Shown in pieces: positions 24,411 to 36,425 of a stretch of DNA of 64,000 bases. Made by a program: the position numbers and the translations under genes. The notes under the pieces were generated by a model, which worked only from the letters and a program-made list of their open reading frames with translations, did no database searches and had not been told where the DNA came from. The first letter of the stretch is position 1; each line of letters opens with the position of its first letter. The stretch lies in the NCBI GenBank assembly GCA_964188305.1, contig OZ076889.1. One strand, written 5' to 3'. Source of the DNA: Podarcis bocagei (taxonomy: Eukaryota).

Positions 24411-26446
24411 GAATTCTTTTTAGTTCTTGCATGATATCAATAGGCAGTGGGTTCCAGCGTATCACATTCTTATTGATATGGTATGGGTATTAAGTAGCAC
24501 CTGTAAAAGTGCCAGTGGGCACATATGGGGTAAGGCAAATTCAAAAGTTACGAGAGGATTTCCAGCCTGTGTGTTCCATAATTATCCATTTAGGTGTGAT
24601 CTGGCACTTCCAGGGGGGAACATAGCCAGAAAGTGCAGCCAGAACGGTGGTGGGAAGCTGAACGGGTTGGCTGATCAGCTGCAATCTTCTTGAGACATAT
24701 CTGTAAGGGCTGCTCTAGCTGTGCTTATTGTTTTCATGTGAGAAACAATGCTGTCCCTCCTTAAACAGGAATGCTGTTGCGTGAAAGTGCTCCGTGCCAA
24801 CACTCTTCATACCAGAATGCAGATGGGAACTTTATAATCCAAACAAGAGTTATTCTGTCTCTCTTCTAATCTACAACGCAGGCTGGACGCAGCTATGGCA
24901 TTTGGTGTGCTAGACACCATTGCAAAACTACAGCTCCTGGCCACTTGCAGGGGAAATGATGCTTTCTCGGAGCATCTCTACAGCAAGCGTGGGCCCATTT
25001 TCAATTTATTGAATTGTTAGATACGTTAAAATAAAGAAGTCCTGGATTCTCATCACTTTCCAAGAGCATGTCCCGCCTGCAAGCCTTTCTCCTTTTCTAC
25101 AATTCCAAGTCTACTTGGATGATTGTGGTGCCACCTTTAGGGAAAGAAGTGTGGACTTCGCCACTCCACTCCACTCAGCTTTTGAATGGTGAATAAAAAC
25201 AGTGCTGAACTGGTGCCGTTTCTCATTCTAAGCAAATATGCAGAGCTTTTAGGAAACGATTTTACAAAAAGGGCACCCCCCCCAAATTACTTTAAAAAAA
25301 AGATGCAGATCATTTTTCAGACAAAGCAGATGTGTCTCAGTATTGATTTTAATAGCCACATGGGTGGCACTGGAACAGCTGCATCTAGAGTAGTGGATGA
25401 AATTATATGCTCTTGTGATTCTAACCTCATAACTGGACCTCAGAAAGGAGCCATCGTGATCCCTTTTAGTGATGTTAAGCTGTAGGGCACAAGTGTAGCT
25501 TAAAATGAGATGGAAGCTGTCAAAAGTAAGAGGATCTGTGAGAGTATTAATTGCACTATTGTTGGTACAGATTTCTGTCATCAGGAATGTCTTAATTAAG
25601 CACATGGTGTCACTGAATGTCTAAGATCTTAGTAATAAGGAAAAGCTTCCTAGATTCTTCTCACAACACCCCAAGATCTGATTCAGTAGTGGCTTCTTGA
25701 CACTTTTTTTTTTTTGCAAGTGCTTGTGACACTTTTGACAAACGTTAGTTGAGAAAGCATCAAAAATTACCGAGGTTTCACACGATGTCAGGAGAGAACT
25801 TGCAGAGAAGATAGACAGGTCTGGAAAGGTTTTTCCAGAAGCTGGGCTGAAAAAACAGCTCAGCAGAATTGTGCACAGGCAGCACTCACTCAGACTAGGG
25901 GCAAGAAAAAACCCTGTGAGGCTCAAGATGTTTTTGGTTTGAGATAGAAAATAACCAGAAAACTATGATTTGCACTCAGCTAGAAAGAGGGAACAGCTAT
26001 GAACAATCATGGTAAAATACCCAGGTTTGTATTAATTATTACTATCTAGAGAAGAGGTTCTTAGACTGCATTCCACAAGCTCTGCTCAAGATGCTCCACA
26101 GAAAGATTGTGGAACTTGGCTCTGCATTTGATTTAGGGTTTTTTCTCCTGATGATGGAAGTCAAAGTTGTTTTGACCAGGGACTGCTGGATTTAATGAAC
26201 AATCTAACGAGGACCTGGTTCCAGGCCCTTGATTTTCATAATATCACACTGTTTTTGATTATCATGCCTAATAAAAATATGCGCCTCCTTCGATTTCATC
26301 CAGAAGTGAAATATGCAAGTTTTCTGAATTAGTGTCACCCTACTGCTTTACATACATTGAGCTGGACTTAGACTAAGGTAGCTTGGCCTAGGTCCTATTG
26401 AAAGTGTGAAAAGTTAGTCTTAAGTTATTTTCAGTGGGGTTGAAGT

Positions 26447-26540
26447 ACAGCTACAATCCCAACTCCACTTACCCAGGAGTAAGCACCAATGCATTCACTA
26501 GAACTTAATACTGAGTGGACATAGCTAGCATTGCAGTGTT
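26447..26540. repeat. Old ~90-bp loosely palindromic interspersed repeat; similar remnants near 5600, 5840, 24000, 31235 and 63262
   Basis: Shared pattern caatcc...cacttac...gagtaag...cattga...tcaatgg..ctta...aggattg seen by eye. Highly diverged. Confidence 0.4.
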
Positions 26541-28418
26541 GGTGTGGATCCATCACATAGTTCCAACTGTCACATTTTGTCAGCTGTGCCTGCGTGGTTT
26601 TCAATGGATGAATTTGGTTGATTGTGTGTTGTTTTCTATTGGTTATAGTTTGACACCTGTTTGGAAGGGGAATTGATGCTGGCTTCCTTGCAGTATTTGA
26701 TGTAAATAGAAATTTGTAGCTATTAAGGAATGAAAAACGAAATTGTATTCATATTTATGCAAGCCTGACCCCCCACTGGTTGCACCGCTGCATGTAAGCG
26801 GACAAATAACAGACTCCACATCCATCCACTTTGCTCACAAAAACAGGAATATCCATTATATTAGAAAGGAAAGACAACGGTTATTAAAATGCTAGTTATG
26901 TATGTACTTTGATTTATAGGAAAACAGCAGCAGTGGCAAAAAAAAAGATTATTAAGTAGTCTGCCAAGACCCCAAGCAATTTTTAAGTGACCCAGGAAAA
27001 AAAAGCTTGAGAACCATTCTAGAATATACATAAAATATACGAAACTAATGAGTTCCACATACAACACATGCAATCATAAATTCTTACGGACATTTTAGGC
27101 TCTCATGTTGGCACCCATTGTCCTAAAAATAAAAAATAAATAAATCCACACTGAAAGATTTGTGCTTCAGTTTTCTGTGAAATATGTTTCCCTCAAAAAG
27201 TATATGGAGATGATGGGATGATTAGAGCTTTTGCCCATTGTAGGAGTGCAGGAAGATTTATGTTAGGCTTTTATTTTGTCAGAACCCTTGTCCCTACTCT
27301 GAAAGAACTGGAAACTCCATCTCTTTTAAAAGAAAGAAACATTCTTTTCAAGTTCTTTGAAAAGACAGCCTGGTGCCTCTCTCCTTGTTTGCATTTTGTG
27401 GTTAAATTCAATTTACATTCAAGAATATATGTTTTTGATAAGTTCTAGCCTAAAGACAGAAGAGGCTTAAATCACTTTTTTAAAAAGAAAAAAAGAAAGC
27501 ATAAGCCTTTAGGAAATAAGTGTCAAAGGGAAAATTTTAAACCTGAAAAGTGTCAGATCCAGTTGTTTCCAGAAGGCCTGACATGGAAAGGAGTGAATAC
27601 CTGTCACAGTTTGTAAATTCCTCCAGGCAGGGACCTGTCTCCTCTTTGTTTGCAGGCACACCTGTGGAGATGATGGAATAAAAAACCCTAAGTAATGAAT
27701 TGTGTTGCTCCACTAGCCAATGCTGCTTTGAATTTCACTGTAGCCAGCGGCACTCTAATACCCCAATGAACAGGCGGGCTTGCCAACTCTACCTTTTTTT
27801 GGAAGGAGATTACCCTGCCACTTTTGAATTTTGAATGTACCCTTTGATGGCTGGCCTTTTTTGTTTTGTTTTGTTTTCCTTTTCGTTTTGTTTTTTCTCT
27901 CTAGTTTTCCTGGAAACCGTTATTTACAATTACGACAAGCTTTTCAAGAGCGGAGATGGATCAAATCAGAGGCCTGTCCCTGCAAATTATGATAAGCAAA
28001 GCTTAATTGCACATGGGGAAACCCAGGTTTCTGCCTCCCAGTCCTGCAAACTTATTTTTTTATATATATTATTCAAGGTAGAGAGCCCTTGAAGTGCCTG
28101 CTTTTCCAGCTGTTTCATATGTTTACACACATAAAGTGGACCTGTATAACCACCATGTTGAGAGCAGCATGCACACTCCAAAATAATGGCCTAAATTCCC
28201 ATGTCTACCTAGAACTTCAAGAACTGTACTGAGGGATTGTGCTTTAAGTACTTGGTGGTCCTGGTATCATGTTCTGGCTGCCTTTAGACAGTCTGGCAAA
28301 AATGCAACTTTAGGAGGCAGTTTAACAAGGATATAGCCTTCACATTCATCCTTACTGTTCATCCCCAATGTTTGGAGAAGCACACTCTCTACATATCTGC
28401 ACGATTCTTCCCCTAGAT

Positions 28419-28550
28419 CAGTGTTTCCCAAACTTGCATCTCCATTGATAGACTACAACTCCCATCATCCCTAGCTAACGGGACTAGTGGTGAGAGATGA
28501 TGGGAACTGTAGTCCAAAAGCAGCTGGAGACCAAAGTTTGGGGAACCCTG
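28419..28550. mobile_element. hAT (Charlie-type) fold-back MITE
   Basis: Perfect 8-bp TSD CCCTAGAT (28411-18, 28551-58). Termini CAGTGTTTCCCAAACTT / AAGTTTGGGGAACCCTG. Internally palindromic. Confidence 0.88.
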
Positions 28551-29717
28551 CCCTAGATTATAGCATCTGACAGAAGTGGCTTCACCAACTAAGGGGGCAG
28601 TCTTAGCTGCCTCAAGAGTGGAGTTTAACTGGATTCTAACAACTCTCAGGGAGCAGCGAATATCCTCTTCTTGAGCAAGCTGTTTAAGTGAGTAGATGCC
28701 CAGGCTATCTTGGATAAAACTGATTGTCTGGATCCATTTCCATGCCCTGTTTTGGCACAAAAGCTGCCTTGGTCACACTGATGGGTAGCATGCACTTATA
28801 GATGCTGGTAATCAATCCTTCTGGATCTCTCAATAGCTTTGTGTACTATTGACCATGGTAATCTTCTAGACTGCCTGGACTACAGTGTTTTGGTGGCTCC
28901 TTCCCTGGAAGGGCCAGTTCCAGAGGGTGGTACACAGAGGAACCATTCTTCACAGCTTTGGCATTAATACTACAGAATGCTGCTGGGTTCTGTTTCCTCC
29001 CTTTTTAAAAACACGTTCTTGAAATTGTTGAATGAAGTCATTTGGAGCTGAGTGCAATCAGAAGCTGTTTATGTCTACCTCTATCTTACTTTTACACCAG
29101 GAATTGCTACGTTAGGGCTTGAGATCAGTAGTGGACTAGGGAAGAGCTCAGTTCTGATAAGGTGTACTTTTCAGGAAAGCGGTGTTCAACTTGTTCTGAT
29201 CCAAACTGTGCACCTCCAAAAGGGGCAGGTTTATAGTTCAGGGTATGTATGCTCATACATACAACCCTGTCAGCTGAGACCAGGCAGTATCAACAAAGGC
29301 TGGTACTCCCATTGTGAAATCCCTTCTTGGACAAAGATAGCTTAGCCACCACAGTTAGAAAGGTCCCGCTTCTCTCTAAGCGTGACTATTTCAACAATTG
29401 TATTTGGGGCTGCAAGAAAACATAGACTAAAATACAAAGTCAAGGATGCTCATTTGTACCTGTCATTGGGAACACATTGTGCCATTATTTAGAGAGTTCC
29501 ACTGCTACCTTTCCAACTCCAACAGAAAGCGTAAGCACTTACAAAACCTCTGCAGCTTGGGACTGGGATAACTGATAGAATGATTCTTTTATGTCAACCA
29601 GCTTATGTAGTAAGATAATATTCAATAGCTGATTTCCAGATATTTTGCTCATCCAAAGTAAAGTGGCTGGTGAGAATGAGTGGAACCTTCTCTGGGAGTG
29701 TGTGTGTTTGTGTATTT

Positions 29718-29880
29718 ATGGAGCCTTGGTTCAGTGGAAGAGCACATGCTTTTCTATGCAAAAGGTCTTTGGTCTCAGGACTGGAAAAGACTGCTGTCTG
29801 AAACCCAACAGGCTGCCAAAGAATGCAGGCAGAACTACATTGAACAATGATCTGAATCTATAAGGCAGCTTCCTATGTTA
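29718..29880 (+). mobile_element. tRNA-derived squamate SINE (Squam3-like), degenerate
   Basis: Head ggttcagtggaagagcacatgc and tail tataaggcagcttcctatgtt. Homologous to the inverted copy at 35932. Family name from memory. Confidence 0.6.
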
Positions 29881-30959
29881 CACTTGCACCCTGGTCTGAG
29901 ATCCTTTGGGATTTTCAGCATTTGAGGGATTTTAAAACAATGACTTTTCTTCTGCTGTTTTATTGATGGTTGGCGTTTTCTAGCATTTATTGCCCTGTTG
30001 TTATTATTTTGCTGGTTTTATTCCATAAACCACCATGTAGATTATATACTAAAGGGTGGTACATACATTTAGAAAATAAATATGATGCAACAGGTTAATA
30101 CACCTGACTCCCCTGGAACAGCAAAACATGGTCACTCCTGCCATGTTAAAATGAGTAATATGACTGAGTGAGCTCATACACAAGGCCATTTGCCACACAC
30201 AGAAGCTCCCCCCCCCCACACATTCAGTCCATTTAAAGTACAGTCAATGATTCTATGCCTTATTCATTATTGTACATGGAAAGTCTAGTTGTGATAATTA
30301 TTAGTCCTGAGTGGAACAGTGTAATCTTCGGCATATACTAGGTTATTTACTCTTGGGAATCTTACGTACCATGGGAATGTTTTGTATGTGAAAAAAACCC
30401 TATGTATTTTAATTTGAATGTTGTCAGCTTGATAGAACTACCAATTACAGAACCCAAACCAGAAGTTTCTTGTTCAAATCCAGTTTTCTTGACATCGATG
30501 ATTAAGCTGTCTGTGTACTTGCCATTGGCTTGAATTAGTTCTTTCTTCACACCTGCTCTATCAAAATAGGGAAAGGGGAATGTTTAAAGGCTGAGATGTT
30601 GAAACACTAAAACAACACATGCATGCGAGGCTTTTTTTCTGTTTGGGTCTAATCAGGCATGCTGGAAATCTCTCAAGCAAAAATGACTGCCGGGTGGGAA
30701 GATGTTACAGTAATTATCTTGCTGTAAGTTGCAGAGTGGATGACATGAAGTTAGGGTGGTTTTTTGTGTATAAACGGCCTGGTTATTTACAACCTACTTT
30801 TTCGTTTTGGATTCTGTTCATTTGTTGCTTCCTTGTTTGTTTTGCTTTTCAAATATAGAACTTAGTTTTATAGTGTAGATTCTGCCATGTTTTCTTTGTT
30901 TAAAAGTATTCATACACATTTTATCATACAGAAATAAATCAGTATTAAGGCCTCTAGGG

Positions 30960-31095
30960 CAGGCTTCCTCAAACTTGGCCCTCCAGATGTTTTGAGACTA
31001 CAATTCCCATCATCCCTGACCGCTGGTCCTGCTAGCTAGGGATCATGGGAGTTGTAAGCCAAAAACATCTGGAGGACCGAGTTTGAGGAAGCCTG
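30960..31095. mobile_element. hAT (Charlie-type) fold-back MITE, related to 28419-28550
   Basis: Perfect 8-bp TSD CTCTAGGG (30952-59, 31096-103). TIR CAGGCTTCCTCAAACT / AGTTTGAGGAAGCCTG. Shares the gactacaa.tcccatcatccct core. Confidence 0.9.
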
Positions 31096-31154
31096 CTCTA
31101 GGGAGTCAAAGTCTTTAGAAATATAACTATTTGGTAGATGGGGGTGTGGGGGGG

Positions 31155-31158
<4 letters not shown>

Positions 31159-31202
<44 letters not shown>
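31159..31202. repeat. (AG)22 microsatellite
   Basis: Direct reading. Confidence 0.95.
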
Positions 31203-31206
<4 letters not shown>

Positions 31207-31407
31207 GAATATGTGCTGCCAGCAGTATACTGAGATTGCATTCCTATTCACACTTACTCTATTATTGAAATCAATGAGACTTCTTAGTATAAATGCTTAG
31301 GATCCTTGGTGTTCCAGCCATGGAAGAGCTCCTCCCGTTTGCAGAGGGAATGGGTATCCAGGAAATGGTTCCTGCTGAATGAAGAAGGCAGGTAGATCAT
31401 TCACTGA

Positions 31408-31608
31408 TTAAGAACACAGGAACACAAGTAGAGCCCTGCTAGATCAGGCTATCCAACGTCCTGTTCTGATAGTGACCAGTCAGATACCTATGGGAAACCC
31501 ACAAGCAGAAATTGAGTGTAATAGTGTTCTCCCTACTTGCGATTCTCAGTAACTACAATTCTGAGGTTTACCACCTCTAGCAGTGGAAGTAGAACATAGC
31601 CATTGTGA
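31408..31608 (-). mobile_element. CR1 LINE 3' end fragment
   Basis: aagaacacaggaacacaag tail, then gccctgctagatcaggc and cagatacctatgggaaacccacaagcag. Homologous to the 51987 copy. Confidence 0.6.
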
Positions 31609-32014
31609 TTCCTTCCCAATCATTCCCCACGTTGTTCCAGAGAGTCCTCCTCAGAAGCATTTAGCAGGGAGCAATGGGTTGGTGAAAAAGTCACATTATA
31701 TCTGTCAGATTATTCTAAATTGTGTATTCTGCTATCTTGCCAGAAATGGCTCTCTTGGTAGCTAGGTGGTATATCTAGATGGTATGAAGATGATGATGAT
31801 GATGTTACTACTGCTACTACCATCATTGCTGCTGCTCACATATAATTTTTATCATCCAGTCATTTCCCCAGAAAATCTGGTGATTCATTTTCTTTCTCTC
31901 ATATATTGAATCTATGAGACTTTAATTTTATAAGGGAAATACTTACAGGTGTAAATGTTTTCACAACCACTTCTCTGGGTACTTCTCTGTGTAACACTGC
32001 TTTTCTCTCCCCAG

Positions 32015-32311
32015 TGCCTACCACAGCCGAGACCATAACTCCTTCCACAGAGCTGTACAAGACAACTGTGTCAACTACAAGCACCACGCCACAGAAAATT
32101 CCAATTAGCACAACATTACCTGGGGGGAAGGGGGATGAAAGCAAAGGCCCCAAGCCACCGCCAGCAGTATCAACGACCAAAATTCCTCCTGTTACAAGCT
32201 TTTTCCCTTTGCCAGAGAGGTTCTGTGAACTTGAGGTGAAAAGGGATATAACTTGGCCTCAGACTCCAAGAGGAAACATGGTGGAACGCCCCTGTCCCAA
32301 AGGAACTCGTG
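32015..32311 (+). CDS. ADGRL2: ADGRL2 exon, Ser/Thr/Pro-rich linker and start of hormone-receptor motif (VPTTAETIT...ERPCPKGTR)
   Basis: Acceptor ttttctctccccag|TG, donor CGTG|gtaaga, 297 nt. ORF 32014..32346. Confidence 0.96.
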
Positions 32312-32873
32312 GTAAGACCTTAAAACTGGATTTTCAGCTTAAATAAACATTCCGGTGTCTATATCTTGAACCCTCTTTTCCTTAGTCTCGGACTATCTTT
32401 CTTATGATCTTGGCTGCTTGCAAGGAAATGGCACCTTCAGGTTTTAAGCTGTAGAGGGCATTGGAGCCTAGGTACAGAATTACATTCCAGCCCCTTCTCA
32501 AGGATTCCAGATCATAGGTCTTTGCAACAGACAGGACTTCAGCCACACTTGCTTTCTGCTGTATTTCTCATTATGAACTCCACTTTGGATGGTTTCCAGA
32601 AAATGCTAGAGCTTTTTCTTTTTCTCTCTGTTTATTCAGCATAAAGTCTGATATTTTGTCCTGGCTTTGTTAGCATTGCTTTTAATTGGCATCATTGCCT
32701 TTTGTTACCTCATTTTCCTACAGGCTTCCTTAGTCTCTTTTAAAGCGACTTAAGTACTGAAGCCCTAATCCAGTATTTCCCAGGTGCTTACGAAACATTA
32801 AAAAAAATGTACACATGCACGTACAGCTTGAACACTCTTACCTCCATTTCATTTTTCCTCATCTTTTATATAG

Positions 32874-32977
32874 GAACAGCTTCATACCTCTGCATGGTTT
32901 CCACTGGAAAATGGAACCCGAATGGTCCTGATCTTAGCAACTGTACTTCACACTGGGTAAACCAGCTGGCTCAGAAG
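32874..32977 (+). CDS. ADGRL2: ADGRL2 exon, HRM domain ([35 protein letters not shown])
   Basis: Acceptor ttttatatag|GA, donor AAG|gtgggt, 104 nt. Confidence 0.96.
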
Positions 32978-34173
32978 GTGGGTTGGAAAATATTTTTGAT
33001 ATGATACCATGCCCATGATTACCAGCACAGATGCTTATGACAAGCACTGGGAACGTTGCGCGAAACTAAATCAAGTGCCCTGCCATCCCAGGGCTTTAAT
33101 AGGGATGTCATGAGATTGCCCACTTCAAGGGTTGGGGCAAACACATTTGTGGTTTCACCTTGCAAACTGCTGCTTACTCTGCCTCAAGGCAAACAATGTT
33201 GGTTTCAGCCAGGTGAAAGTTAAAGCTGAGGATGTGGCAGTTATAGGGCTCTCCTAGCTTTCAACAGAGCATCTTCTCCTTCCAAGAGCTACAGTTCCCA
33301 CATCCTTCGCAGGAAATGGCGCTGCCCATCATATTTGCACCAAGGAAAAGGCTGTTTCCTCTGCTTTGATCTTTGCCTAGCTGGAGCTAAGGGATTTTTC
33401 AGCAAAGGGACACAAGCATGGAGACATTAACGGAACAGCCATTCATTGAGCACCTGCTCTGTATTTTTATTTGGTTTAATAAAGGGTGGTCTATAAGTAA
33501 AATTAAGGGAATTTTTAAAACACTGTGTTGCTAGCAGGAAATGCTTGTGAAAGTTAATATGCATAAGAGAGGGAGAGGATGGACAGTTTCTGTCCTTAGC
33601 TATCAGCTCTTGTATCCCATTCTCGTTTCCTAAATATTTGAGCTGTACTGTACTGACACCGCTCTTCGTTCTGCCTGCCACATTGACAGCCTCCGTAACT
33701 GCTGGGGTGAAAAGCAAATAAAGATATCCTATGTTACACTCCCCACCCCACAAAAGAACCTGTGTTTCTGATGGACTGCCCTGTGCTGAAACCCAGCTCT
33801 TGGAGATTGCGGGTGGGAGGAAACATCACAAACAAACTGCCTCATTTCCCACCGCTTCCTCCAAAGAAGCACAAAGGGGGAAAAAAATCTCAAATGCCTG
33901 CGGAGATTGGTTGGGTTTGCTCCCTGCAAATGCAGAGTTCTCCATGCAGCACTTTATCATCCCACCACGGGATGAATGGTGGCCATTCACTCCTGGAGAA
34001 GAAAGCAAAGACACTTGGGAAAAGGGGGCTCATTCCTTAGCCCTGCAGATCCTGGCGATTAAGAATCAAGTCTCCTACTATTTCCGTAGCCCCATTCTGC
34101 ATAGAATTTGTTGGTCACACTGAAAATGTGATGGAGCATTGAGAGAGTATAATGGAATGCTTGGAATTGACAT

Positions 34174-34208
<35 letters not shown>
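34174..34208. repeat. (GATA)8 microsatellite
   Basis: Direct reading. Confidence 0.95.
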
Positions 34209-34261
34209 CACCATCAATGCATATAGCACTTTACTAAATCTAAGCAGTGTTGCATATTATC

Positions 34262-34394
34262 TCATCTGAAGGCAGCCCTTTTTAGGGAAGCTTTTAATGT
34301 TTGATGTATCACAGTATTTTAATATTCTTTTGGAAGCTGCCCAGAGTGGCTGGGGAAACCCAGCCAGATGGGTAGGGTATAAATAATAATAATA

Positions 34395-34455
<61 letters not shown>
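34262..34455 (+). mobile_element. 5'-truncated LINE (L2-like) 3' end with (AAT)n tail
   Basis: ggaagctgcccagagtggctggggaaacccagccagatggg stem-loop region followed by about 70 bp of (AAT)n. Confidence 0.65.
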
Positions 34456-34631
34456 TCTCTCATTTTTTGTGGGTGTAGGGCAGTTGTTGTTTTTTTAAGG
34501 ACAAAACAACTTTGAAAGATATATAAAAAGATGTAACAAAAAATAACCCACCTTTCTATTTAGAAATAAAATGTTCTAAGAATTAAGTGGCAGTGGGGGC
34601 ATCACTAAAATAATTTAAATTGTCATTTCAG

Positions 34632-34817
34632 ATCAGAAGTGGAGAAAATGCTGCTAGCCTTGCCAATGAACTGGCTAAACATACCAAAGGACAAATCTAT
34701 GCTGGTGATGTGAGTTCTTCAGTCAGACTGATGGAACAGTTGGTGGATATTCTTGATGCTCAGCTGCAAGATCTGAAGCCTAACGAGAAGGACTCTGCGG
34801 GACGGAGTTATAACAAG
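34632..34817 (+). CDS. ADGRL2: ADGRL2 exon, GAIN subdomain A ([17 protein letters not shown]...DSAGRSYNK)
   Basis: Acceptor tcatttcag|ATC, donor AAG|gtagat, 186 nt. Confidence 0.96.
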
Positions 34818-35539
34818 GTAGATACCAACCTGCATAGCCTTCTCTGGTGTGCATTAGAACAACCTAGCCTTGTGGCTTTCTTTCTTTTCTCTTGCAAAAC
34901 ATCTGCCTGTATTTTGCACTAGTCATTTGAAGTAGGGCACATTTAGGGGTTTTTTTTTGGGGGGGGACCAACAAATTCATGGAGACATGTGGATTCTGAT
35001 GCTGTGTCAGAGTCCCCAAAGGCTGGTGGTACACGAGAACAGAATGTGACCGTTCCCATGTGGGCAGAAGGAATTGAACGGATAATGTTAATTATACTTT
35101 AGCAGCAGCCTGAAACAGAACAATGATTAAGGCATCAATAAGAATCAGACCTATTCTGTCCTTTGATCCTTTATAACTCTCAACCCGGGGGGGGGGGACA
35201 CTGCGGCAGGGAAAAATGAATACTCATTTATTTATTTTTTTGCTGTGACCTTCTTACTAATGTGATTTGGGATCCTAGAAGCATTTGACATACCAAGCCA
35301 TGAACTAACCTTAGTGCACTGGAATGGCCTTGTGCTTCATTCACTCCCTTAAAAACCCGCAGATTCATCTGGAAGTGATACTTTAACACACTTTAAGATT
35401 GTTAATTTTATCAGCAGATCTTATTTCTCCGGTTAGCATATAAGCGTTTGAACAATGATTAAGTAGTACTAATCCTATTACCCTTTAAAAAAGAAAAAAT
35501 GTCTAACCTCTGATGTGTGTTTTTTGTCTTATTACCAAG

Positions 35540-35578
35540 CTCCAAAAGCGAGAGAAGACATGCAGGTCTTACCTTAAG
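35540..35578 (+). CDS. ADGRL2: ADGRL2 39-nt cassette exon in GAIN domain (LQKREKTCRSYLK)
   Basis: tttttgtcttattaccaag|CTC...AAG|gtatct. Phase 0/0; matches the 13-aa latrophilin-2 GAIN insert as I recall it. Confidence 0.92.
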
Positions 35579-35931
35579 GTATCTCTCCTGTGCTGTCACC
35601 TTGCTTCGTCCCTGCTTCAGTCACCTGCTGCCACGCTATTTCCCTCCTGCTGCATGTCCCTATGTATTTCAGTCTTTGATAATTGTGCACTGTGCCTTCC
35701 CCACAGCAATTGTACAAAAAAAAAGTGTTGGCTTTGCACGGATATAATACCTTCAGAAAAAGCCAATCGTAAATAACAAATCGATAATCGATACTTCCTT
35801 TCCTCCTCCTTTTATCAAAAAAAGCAGCCATGGAGCTTTTAACTGAATTGGAAATAAGAACAGTTTTGCTTCCTCGTGGTATTGTGCCTGTGGAATTAAA
35901 ACCAATCTGGCAATGGGCACAAATTGTTTGA

Positions 35932-36120
35932 CATGGGAACACAGGAAGTTGCCTTATACTGAGTCAGACTATAGATCCACATAGCTCAGTATTGCCTACA
36001 CTGGCTGGTAGCCGCTCTCCAGGGTTTCAGACTGGGGACATTCCCAGACCTGCCTGGAAATGCTGGGGATTAAAGTTGGGACTTCTCTGCATGCAGTGCA
36101 GATGCTACAGCCCTGCCCCT
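35932..36120 (-). mobile_element. tRNA-derived squamate SINE (Squam3-like)
   Basis: Reverse tail acaggaagttgccttatactgagtcagac, body ctctccagggtttcagac, reverse B-box gctggggattaaagttgggac. Confidence 0.7.
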
Positions 36121-36388
36121 TGAACCTGGGTTTTGTGTTTGCAGCTCTGTGTATCAAAGACTGTGTAGCCATATCTAGTGGAATCCACTAATCACTGCTG
36201 CCTCGTGACTTCCATTGGTTCAGTGGAGTTTGTGTGGCAAGAGTGTCTTATGGATTACATCCCATGCTTGTGCATGACGAAGAAACAAAAACCCCAACAC
36301 ATACACATGTTAAACTACCCTACATTTTATTTTATTTTTGTGCACTCTTGAATTCAGCGAGTTCTATTTTGTGTGTGTGACACCAGGG

Positions 36389-36390
<2 letters not shown>

Positions 36391-36420
<30 letters not shown>
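36391..36420. repeat. (GT)15 microsatellite
   Basis: Direct reading. Confidence 0.95.

Positions 36421-36425
<5 letters not shown>

Noticed and set aside
34257-34463. Poly-Ile ORFs here and at 45351-45575; CV/HT-repeat ORFs at 1301-1629 and 47491
   Set aside because: Translations of microsatellites.
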